This document shows positions 54,255-64,000 of a stretch of DNA of 64,000 nucleotides, one piece after another. The stretch is from positions 192,954-256,953 of the forward strand of contig NMRA01000567.1 in the NCBI GenBank assembly GCA_002633005.1. Reading direction: 5' to 3'. The DNA is from Phoronis australis. Its lineage: Eukaryota > Animalia > Phoronida. The notes under the pieces were generated by a model. The model was given only the letters and a program-made list of their open reading frames with translations, had not been told where the DNA came from and searched no databases. The stretch's first letter is position 1; the number at the start of each line of letters is the position of its first letter. A program made the position numbers and the translations under genes.

Positions 54255-57200
54255 TAGCCCTATCGCAGGCCAAGTAGGCCACCTGACCAAGTTAACTTGG
54301 TCGGCTTACACGGTCGGACCTCGCAGACCAAGTTGATACCTCCGACCGAGCTGCAATGTACCGTTGATACCTGAATGTTTGCCATAGTGTTAATAATATG
54401 AACGGTTCTAATTAATATGGTTTTTCAAAATTAGATTTCATTTTTATGAGCATGTTCGCCAAAATAACTCTGGCCGACAAAAATCTTCATTTTATTCTTT
54501 TGAACAGGAAATAGAGTAAGCAACTGCCTGAGTCACCGGTGGTCAGCCAGGCGGGATAGGAGCACCATGATAACACACAACGCCACAAATCAAACATTTA
54601 GATTTCACAACTACCTAATCTTTTCATATGCTTTTCACAAGAGAGATATTAACCAAATTCTACTGCTCAGTATCCTGTAGCTTGGTCTAATCGTCTTGTC
54701 ACGATCGAGCCGCGCGCGGGCCCGATCAGCTTTGTGCTCGTCATCAAACTCGTGGAATCTATTTCAGTTCTATGCCTTTCTCATCAAAATCCGTTTCTTT
54801 TGTACCTACATTTTCGATGTCTATAACCGTTTTTCGTGCTTTTCACTGTTAGAAAACCATTACGTTTTCTGGTAACTTGGCTCGACACGTACAACTTACT
54901 CAGTTGCCACCCGACACCTAATTCACCTTAGCAACGCCGGGTCTATAGATATTTTTGAAAATCGAGTAGCAAAATCTTAGCCTATATTTGTAATTATTGA
55001 TCGTTAATAACTTCACTCATTCCACAGAACACTCAGACACTATTTGCTGTCAAAAAAACATTACTTTACTACTTCGGTTGGCTACAGTACCGCCGAACTT
55101 GCATGCTTACTTGGTCCGGTCTGTCAACGGCCAGACCAAGTGCCCTAAGACGTCATCAAACCTGCGGAATCTGATATTTCAAACTGAGTGATCAACTTTT
55201 CTTCAAAGATCGCCTTTCCTGTTTGCATTTTTGACGTCTACAGTCATTTTTATGCTTTTCACAGTTCGAAAACAATTACTGAATTTCTTGTATCGTTTCT
55301 TAAAGTCCTTCTCTCACGCGTTGTTAACCCTTATTACATGGTTAGAAGATGTTATAAGGATCCAAGAAGTACCTACCCCATAACTAATACACGATCCATA
55401 CTCGAAAACAGTTTAAATGAATGCGCCACTCACGATTCGCACCCGAAGAAACACCGCCATTTTGAACTTGCCGCGAACCCGGAAGTACAATTCATTCAGG
55501 AACCCAGGCCGAGAAAACGCCATCAGTGCGACTGGAGCAGTGCCTGTACTGTAGCCAGCAAACGGGGATAAAAAAATCGACAGCGCGCCTTAATTTTGAT
55601 AAAATCAAACTACGGACAATTTTATGGAATTTACTGAAGAAATGTGGCGAATAAATTTTGACAGAAATTATTTTGCCAGACTCGGGACCGCAGCCTATCG
55701 GACCCGGTGCGGATCGAGACCAGACACTGGGCATGCGGTTGCAAGCTGTTTTGTCGAAGTAAAATGGTCAAATGATAAATGCTGCATATATTCAAAGGTA
55801 GTTTCAGACACTTGCATGAAATTACGGGCTGGTTAGTCCTGTGTCACACTGCCGCGGCAGACCTTGGCCTCAGTCAGTCACCGTCCAGCTACCAGTGAAG
55901 ACTATAGTCAAAATACAGCTTGTTAGTAGGCCTATACAGCTTTGCGCCAAGACTATCCTTAGGCCTAACTGTTCCCTGGCCACAAACACAAAAAAAAGAA
56001 AATTGAACAAAGTTTCTTTTTTGTAGCAACGTTTGTCAAAATGTATCAACGTTAAATCTTCGCAAATTACAAAGTAGCCGATTGAACATGCCTTTCAGTT
56101 CAGCAGACATTGTAGGTGATGCCAGAAATGAGACGAAGTCCAACGGGAATTGTGAGTACATTTATCACTTAATGAGTAACAACTGCGAGGCTGAAATTTG
56201 ATGAACACTGCTAAATCGTGCAGAATAGTAAGTAAAGATATGTCTAACTAAATTTCACCGTAATTTGTTGGCAAAAACAATTTACACAAAGTTTTAAACT
56301 CGTAACTCATCCCGCTGTCCTCCAATATGGCTGACGCGATCCAAACAAAGTGACCCAAATTTCGCCACAAAACTTGCAATAACTTTACAGTGCTTGCCCC
56401 GATTTTGATACTTTTTTATTTTTACTGAGTAGAATGTACTACCTTTCCGATGATAGCAAAGTACTTTTTCAAAACGAGGAAAAAAATAAAACCAAAAAAA
56501 ATTGGTTCGACCCATATTGGTTCCTAGGTTCGACCGGCCTACATAAGGAACTAAACACCAATGCTATTTTAACATACTAAGTACGCGCAACATTCCAAAA
56601 AAATCAACGACCACTAACTACAAACTATAAATACACTACATATGCAAACGAATCACATTATATTGCTAATAAAACAAAATAATGAAGACTTTTCGAGCAA
56701 GCCATAGCACATTCAGTTACAAGGAAAAAATGGCGGCGTTCAGGACAAGTTCCTGAACTGATGAGCCGGAAATGTGGGTACGGAAATAACCGATAATCAT
56801 ACGCTCAGAGTGAAGGGTCAAATACGGTCAAAAAATCGCTTTTGGCAAGAAAGGCGAAAATAATATAAAGAAAGGGTGTCGAAAATAAGAATTTATGTAA
56901 TAAGTATTTTCTGATACTGGAACCACATGGGCAGTTTGCAAGAAGGACTTTAACTAAATTTCACTTGGGCTGCAAGGCTACATAAAAGGTCCTGATTATA
57001 TACTTAATGCCAATGAAAACTAATTTATTTCGTTTGACATGTACTCAGCAGCTCCAACAAAGCCATTACCCCTAGACCTCGTACGTGTCTTCAGAAAATT
57101 AACAAAAGTTTTCTGCGACTCAGAACACTTTAATATTCCTTGCAGGTTTACTTGGTATGGACTCATCAAAGGCCGGACCGAGTAGGCTGTGACGTCATCA

Positions 57201-58612
57201 AACTCCCGGGTTGGCTACTGAGCAAGTCCGGACGAAATACTTGACACCAATGAAAAGTACCATGTACCCAGCATCTCCAACAAAACCTTTAACCCTTCTA
57301 CATGCCTGTAGAAAGTTATCAACCAACTTCTACGGCCCAATACACTGTAGTTTTGCTTGCATGTTTACTTGGTCCGGTCTGTCAAAGGCCAGACCAAGTG
57401 CGCTAAGACGTCATCAAACCTGCGGAATCTGATATTTCAAAAGTTCTTTCAACTTTTCTTCAAAGATCGCTTATCCTGTTCACATTTTTGCCATCTACAG
57501 TCGTTTTTTTGTGCTTTTCATGGTACCAAAACAATTACTGAATTTCTTGTATCGTTTCTTAACTGAATTTTACTTGGGCTGGCTACGTACAAGGTCCTGA
57601 CAACATACTTAACACCAATGAAAACTAATTTATTTCGTTTGACATGTACCCAGCAGCTCCAACAAAGCCACTACCCCTCGTAAGTGTCTTTTAAGTTATC
57701 AAAAGTCTTCTGCGACTCAGAACACTTTAGTATTCCTCGCAGGTTTACTTGGTCCGGTCTCGTCACAGGCCAGACCGAGTGGACTGTAACGTCCTCAAAC
57801 TCCCCGGTTGGCTATCAGCAATACGGACGAAATACTTGACGCCAATGAAAAGTAATTAATTTCATTTGACATGTACCCAGCATCTCCAACAAATTACCTT
57901 TAACTCTTCTACGTGCCTGTAGAAAGCTATCAACCAACTTTTACGGCCCAATTATACACTGTAGTTTTGCTTGCATGTTTACTTGGTCCAGTGCAAGTGT
58001 AAAACTTAAAAAGAAACTTTAGATTTTAAGACGCAAATGGGTGACTCTATTCTGTGGAACGAATAAAGTTGTTAATGATCACTAATTACAAATATAGACA
58101 AAAATTTTGCCACTGAGAACTATTACACAGTAGCCAGGCTACGCAGTCACAGCGCACTCGGGCCGGCCCGTGACGAGACCGGACCAACTAAACTTGCAAG
58201 CAAAACTACAGCATATTCAGCCGTAAGATTTGGTTGAAAACTCTCTAGAGAAAAGCAGATGCAAAGAGTGACATTATATGTAAAACTTAAATGTTTGATT
58301 TGTCTGCATTGTGCATTTTGGCTCCAGTTCGCCCTGGCTCATGAGTAACTTAATTACTCTATTATTATTATTGATCAAAAGATTAAAATAAAGATTTTTG
58401 TCGATCACACATATTTTTGCACCATATGGATTACTCAAATGATAAAAAGCTCATAAAAATGAATGGTTTAGAAAAGCTGCATTTGTCAGACCTGTTCACT
58501 ATAACACTGGTAAACATTCAGATATTAACGGTACATTGTAACTTGTTGGAAGGATCTACATGGTCTGCGGGTCCGACCGTGTAAGCTACCTATTTGGTCT
58601 GCGACAGCCCCA
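54255..58612. mobile_element. About 4.35-kb non-autonomous DNA transposon with ~350-bp imperfect TIRs and internal tandem repeats
   Basis: 54255-54610 (gcttacacggtcggacc, caatgtaccgttgatacctgaatgttt, tttttatgag, aaatcaaacattta) is the reverse complement of 58280-58607. There is a ~610-bp tandem duplication (56951-57420 vs 57560-57990). No transposase ORF seen. Confidence 0.8.
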
Positions 58613-58778
58613 TTATAAAACTGAAGTGTATTGGCGTTCATTCATCTTGTATTCAACAGTGCTTAAAGTAATTAAGACATCTTTGATTCTTAGCATTTAA
58701 GCATACTTTTCATCGAGTTTACACTTGTTCCCGGGGCTCAACATAATGCACCGGAAGAGGTCTGTCGTTATAGCCGAG

Positions 58779-58852
58779 ATTGCCCGACCTCGGGAATCGA
58801 ACGAGCGACCCCGATTTAACCAGAGAGCGTGCTAACCATTCGGCTAATAGGC
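58779..58852 (-). mobile_element. tRNA-like SINE head (different family, tRNA-Lys-like)
   Basis: GCCTATTAGCCGAATGGTTAGC...GTTCGATTCCCGAGGTCGGGC. A and B boxes are present, but the acceptor and anticodon stems are broken. Confidence 0.55.
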
Positions 58853-58957
58853 AATTGCCCGTTAGCGAGTGGCTAGAGGCTCATATATATGATTCACCCG
58901 AAGCTAACTTTCACAACAGGTCATTTGGTGCAAAAGTCATCATATTATCATACAGGT

Positions 58958-59123
58958 CAGGGGCGGATCCAGGATTTTGAATTGGGGGGGGGGGGGCAGG
59001 GCAGAGTTTTAGCCAGGATTTTGCCCATCAGATATTCGCAGCCCCGTACTGCCAAATGGAATCAGGGAGAATTATAGGGGGCCATGGCATGGCCCCTTTG
59101 GCCCCCCTCTAAATCTGCCACTG
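58958..59123. mobile_element. Short GC-rich MITE (CAG...CTG ends) with a 5-bp target-site duplication
   Basis: caggt|CAGGGGCGGATCCAGG...AAATCTGCCACTG|caggt. An inverted copy lies at ~30670-30803, and related fragments at ~4507, 10577-10720, 31430-32081 and 51357-51520. Confidence 0.8.
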
Positions 59124-59153
59124 CAGGTGTATTGTTTAAATAGGTGGACTTAC

Positions 59154-59377
59154 CGATCTAATAAAACCTTTGCAAGGTGGTCATGTTTTTTCAAGTCCAA
59201 CTTCTCCCGTAGAGCATTCCACCTTTCAATTTGTGACCCAATCATCACCTCGCATTTGCGTCGCCACCTACGATATTCTTTTAATCTTTCTTTCTTTATA
59301 GTCTCACTCAGTGGAGGTCTACCTCGTCTTCGCTTTCCTGACATCACAGACTGTCCAACAACGATTTCGGTTGTCAT
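59154..59377 (-). CDS. First coding exon of the ZNF gene: AT-hook plus ZNF653/ZNF692-type N-terminal helical domain
   Basis: MTTE...KRRRGRPPLSETIKKERLKEYRRWRRKCEVMIGSQIERWNALREKLDLKKHDHLAKVLLDR|gtaagt. RGRP AT-hook and a VxIG...RWxxLR...LAxxLLD pattern. Strong donor. Confidence 0.75.
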
Positions 59378-60779
59378 CTGATACCAGCTGTGAATAATGA
59401 TGGCTGTCGAAAGAACCTCGCAGTTCCCTGAGAGTAAAGATCTAATCTAAGACGTTAACAGTCTCTCTAACCTAGCAGAGATCACGCATGCTGGCTACCA
59501 CCTCGCGGCACAACTTGCGCCCTCTGTAATACAGCTAGGTGTGACGGGAGCGCCGTCTATTGAAGGAGTCGTGAGTAACGACGAATCGTCAGTGAAGTTC
59601 TAGAAGCTAGAGTGAGTTATTATATTTTAAAGGGGTGTAAAATGGTAAATTCCTTATTTGGTACTTCCAATGACAAAATTTTAAGTTGCATTTTGATTGG
59701 TGTGAAGTTGCATTTTGATTGGTTTTTACGTTTAACTTGAGACCCCTATTTTAGCGTAATTTGGAACATTCGCGGTGCGAATGACGCCTACTATAAAAAT
59801 GGGCCCCTCACGCTAAAACTTCGGATTCTGCAGGGTCTCGACCATCCGCAAGGAATCCCAACCAAACAAAGTAACTGTTTGGGCCTTTTAAATTTGGACT
59901 TAAACGTTTTTCGGCGAATTTTTCTTGTTTATAAATTCTTTGGGTTATACGTCAAAGCTGCGATGTCGACAGAAGTTAGCGATGAGTTGTAAGTTTGTAG
60001 CCATTTGTATTTCATATTTAGTGCTTCATAAACTCGGTATATTTATCTTCTTCTCTCTTATTTCACTAGCTGTAAGTTGTCACCATAGTCCTCTCGTATG
60101 CGATTCGAGCGAGTGAAAAAGTACACAACGCGTCTAATATTTTTATCGGCTACGAACAGTCGATATTTTAGATACTAAGTAGATCGGTGCTGGCCGCTCC
60201 ACCGACTCCCGTTACATAGGCAACTTGCGAAAGTTGATATGTTCCGTATCTAATGGTGCGAAATATAAAACAAAGGCGGCCGCTATAACATGCCGCTAGT
60301 TTCTTTGGGTCTTCAAGGGAACGCCGCAAATAAGGCATGTTTTTTCAATTAATATACTATAAAAATAAAATATCTAATACACCCACAGTGACGAGGTAAT
60401 GAAGCACTGAGTTTTAAAATAGCATCATAGGGCTTACTGAGTTTCAACATTTGCAAATACGGTGTAACTATAACATCTCATGATAGGCTGTGCGGTATTG
60501 GATATCGTTCTTTGGTGTATATTTCAAACGTCCAACGTCTAAAATCTTTGCACTATTTTCAAATAACCTGTACTAAACCATACATACATTTTGATACTGG
60601 TTGATAAAATTTGAAAAAATCCGTGTACCCCCAAACGACATACTAATTCCAGATTCGCCTTTAGCCTCCACATTTAAGGGAACTTATCAGGTTTTGTTGC
60701 TGCCGACGAAAAACATAATTTTTGGGATTCTTGTTGAATGGATTAGCGTAGAGCTTTACCATTCAATGGTCAGAGATAT

Positions 60780-62499
60780 AACAAAAGCAACGCGGAGCGT
60801 TGAAATGCGCCCACGAATGCATCGCAAATGGTGTGCTTTTAGGGTTGTTTATTTGTGTCATAAAAATGACCACTAGATCCGAAAACGGGAACATGGCATT
60901 GTTTCGTTAATAGAAAGCCTTATGCCAAATTTCATAGAAATCCGTCACGGAACTTCAGAGAAACAAAGGAAAACAGATTAAAATGAAATTGCCACTAGGG
61001 GGTACACTGTTCATTGCATCCGTCATTGTCTGTTGTTAGCTTCATATAAATACACTTTTGACAAATTAAATTTAATAAAGATTGGGTTTAGGAGATACAG
61101 CTATGGGCGCAAAACAAAACAAAACAAAACTACCACTAGGAGTCGCCACAGTAGTCAGAGTTGTCATCGTCAACCGTCCTCTTTACACTACGAACACCAA
61201 TTTTCACTAAAACATCCTTAGAATGATTTGGTTGATAGAGGGGTAGTCGCCAAAAAAAGACTCGAAAACAGCAAAAATGGCCACTAGGTGGCACAAAATA
61301 CCTTGATTCCAACCGAAAACGGGAAGATAGCGTCATCTCACCAGTAGATGCCCGTATTCAAAATTTTATGAAAATCCGTTGAGGACCTTTAAGATACAGA
61401 GGTAAAGTTGCCACCAGGGGCACGCCAGTAGTCAGATCCATCGGAAAATCGTCGTCGTCCGTTGTCAACATCATCACTTTTTAAATTTAATAAAGATCCT
61501 GCAAACGGTTTAGGATATACAGGCATGGGCGCAAAAAAATCGAAACTGCCACTAGGAGGCGCCACAATAGTCAAAGTCATTAGAAATCATCATCACCCGT
61601 CCACTTCATAGTAAAAACATACATATCCTGAAAGCGATTTGGTTGATAGAGGGGTGGACGCCAAAAACAAGACTCAAAAACAGTTATATGGCCACTAGGT
61701 GGAGCAAACTAGGTCGAATCCATCCGAAAACCTAAAGACAGCGTCACCTCACTAACAGAAACATGTAAAATAATTTTACGAAAATACGTTGAGAACCTTT
61801 GAAGATACAGAGGTAAACGTAAAAAATAAAATTACCACTAGGTGGCGGGCACACCAGTAGTCAGCTATGTCCGAAAGTCGTCGTCGTGTGTTGTCATCAC
61901 CATATTAATGCATTTACTAAATTGGTTTAGGAGATATAGCCACAGGCGCAAAAAAAACAAAACTGCCATTAGGAGGCGCCACAGTAGTAGAAGTCGTCGG
62001 AAAATCGTGGTCAACGGTCCTCTTCATAGTAAGAACATATGCCATGCCGGGAGCGCGGTTTGTTTGATAGAGGGGCGGATGCAAAAAACAGACTCGAAAA
62101 TAGTAAAAATGGCCACTACTGAGGTGGCGCAAACTACGTCGAATCCATGTGAAAACGGGAGGATACCGTTGTCTCACTAATAGATGCCAATCATATACCA
62201 ATTTTTGTGAAAATATGTTGAGGGCCTTTGAAGATAAAGAGGTAAACGTAAAAAATTAAAATTGCCACTAGGGGGGCACACCCGTAGTCGGATCCGTCCG
62301 GATTAAAGTTCGCTCATGCCGTCCCCGGCCATCCAAGGGAACACGTCAAAATTTCATGAACATACCGTCACTCGGTTTTGGAGATGGAGCAGGACGCCGG
62401 ACGGACGCCGCCTGGACGGATGACACACGGCCCGAATGGACGGACGGACAGAGATGACGGCATAATGAGTCCACATATAAATATGTGGGCGCATTAAAA
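60780..62499 (-). mobile_element. Non-autonomous Helentron/HINE (DINE-1-like) element with an internal tandem array
   Basis: Subterminal inverted repeat ATGCGCCCAC (60805-60814) / GTGGGCGCAT (62485-62494). Partial inverted copy at 62465-62474. GGAC/GTCC microsatellite ~62390-62450. 3' stem-loop CAACGC-gga-GCGTTG (60788-60802). A/T-run boundaries. About ten ~140-bp internal units. Confidence 0.8.
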
Positions 62500-63894
62500 T
62501 GCATCTAAAACTACTCTGTGAGATCCTCTCTGTGGAGGACTCAGCTGAATCATTTGGCTGCTTTGAGATAGCGCGTTTGCTATCGCGTTAACTTTAATTT
62601 CGGTAATAACACAGCTCTCATTAAGCTCCAAAGCATATAAGACATTTGTATATTTCAAATAACTTAACCAGTCCTTCCAGTTTATTGCCAAACACGCCGG
62701 TGCAGCGACCCCCAACCGTGACGGTATTGCATTTCAGTTTCAAGTTCGCGTTAACCCACACCCATCGTAGTACTTACATGTATTTCCCCCCTGCTCCACA
62801 ACAGGTTCTGTCAAAAGGTATTCTGAGTTCACAGAACTTCTGCTCTCCTAAAACTGATACAGAAAGAATCGTCTACAGTAGAGGGCTGAGGGATATCGGT
62901 CAAATGTAATTTCCGCCGATATCTGCTAAACACTGTCGTCACTGTTGGACTTCTTATGCATCGTCTTTCAAACACTCTATCATGTACACGTATTACACAT
63001 TTTGGCATGATTAATTTCTTATGGTAACTTTACTGAGCAAATACTTCAATAGCGTTCATATAAAATGGTGAGGTTTACCAAGTATTCTCCACGTGGTCCT
63101 ATCGGGGAAGGTGAAACAAAAAGTCATTATGAAGGGTCGAATAAAGATCTGCCCAACCATGCGAACTGTGCAATGTCATTAAAATATCATCAATACTTTC
63201 ATATTTTATCCATGGACTCATCCTCAGTATTGACTTAAAAAACCTTGTTGGGAATCGAGTTACCTCGGAATTACTGTGTCACATAAAACCGATTCCGCAT
63301 ACTGCCCCGCGCAAGATAATTTGCGCCATATAGACCCCTTTTCTTAAATAAAAATTTGGTTTAGATCATATACCATCGTGAAATTGGTGTCATTTCGGTC
63401 TTCACCCATGACATTTCAGTCAGGTTATACTATGGACCGTTGGGGCTAAATTAGAACGGAAATTTTTGACAGAATTAAGAAATTGCCCTCGTACTGATGC
63501 AAAACGGCTTACTTCAGTATTGAATTGGTGATGAAATTGCAAGTTTTACAGTTTTATGGAATGGAAATGTCCTTAGCATCCCCACAGTGAAATGTTTCTG
63601 TGCATGCACTAATTTAGCAGTCATCAGATGGCACATCCCACATCCTAGTTTTACAAAGTCAATGGATTTGATGCAAAGTAGACCACTCGTTGTTTTTTTT
63701 TTGGTAGGACAAGTGAAATTCATGCAAAAGCAAGATTGGGTCTTTTGCTGGGCCATTCACTTTCTATTGCTCAATGGATAGTAATTACATACTAGGGAAG
63801 TGGTAATCGACGTGGGGGAAGATGTCTCCAGAATAACCTGGGATCTGCGTTATTATTAAACGAAACATTGTAAATGGTTGAATTTCTATTTGAA

Positions 63895-64000
63895 AATGAG
63901 CATAAGTATGTGCGGTCTCTCACCAATGTGTGTTCTTGTGTGCACATGTCCAAACGACTTTCCACAGAGAACATAACTGTTTTTCTGTCCTCTACGAGTT
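63895..64000 (-). pseudogene. Degenerate C2H2 finger, probably the 3' end of another ZNF gene upstream
   Basis: Minus frame reads LCGKSFGHVHTRTHIGERPH, a shortened finger with linker. Confidence 0.6.

Noticed and set aside
58779-58852. Functional tRNA gene (also considered at 19190-19268 and 31750-31805)
   Set aside because: A/B boxes are present, but the stems do not pair and there is no canonical anticodon arm. SINE heads fit better.
60990-62280. Regularly spaced CCACTAGG motifs as a CRISPR-like array
   Set aside because: The intervening sequences are homologous to each other (satellite monomers), spacing is ~140 bp, the context is eukaryotic and there are no cas genes.

Overview
This is AT-rich, intron-containing animal (invertebrate-type) genomic DNA, not prokaryotic, and most ORFs in the six-frame track are noise. 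Splicing by hand (GT-AG, phase-checked) gives, left to right: the last two exons of a TWIK/KCNK1-like K2P potassium channel (+); a complete 6-exon glyoxalase I gene GLO1 (+, 178 aa); the first four exons of ALKBH1 (-), head-to-head with a complete 4-exon SLIRP-like RRM gene (+, 98 aa) across a 178-bp ATG-to-ATG gap; a single-coding-exon GT11 alpha-1,2-fucosyltransferase (+); and a C2H2 zinc-finger gene (-) with an intact AT-hook first exon but a decayed finger array. The decayed end of a second ZNF gene lies at the right edge. Non-coding space holds many MITEs, tRNA-derived SINEs, Helentron/HINE-like elements and a 4.3-kb TIR element. The most notable observations are: the ALKBH1-SLIRP divergent pair (same arrangement as in human); the missing catalytic exons of ALKBH1 (nested GLO1 or an assembly gap); a HINE carrying a 3 x ~140-bp higher-order repeat with about ten co-oriented CTCF-like motifs; and a candidate recursive splice site. 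Single Ns at 4567, 18403, 28196, 31634 and 42242 may mark assembly joins. I found no clearly new multi-gene system.
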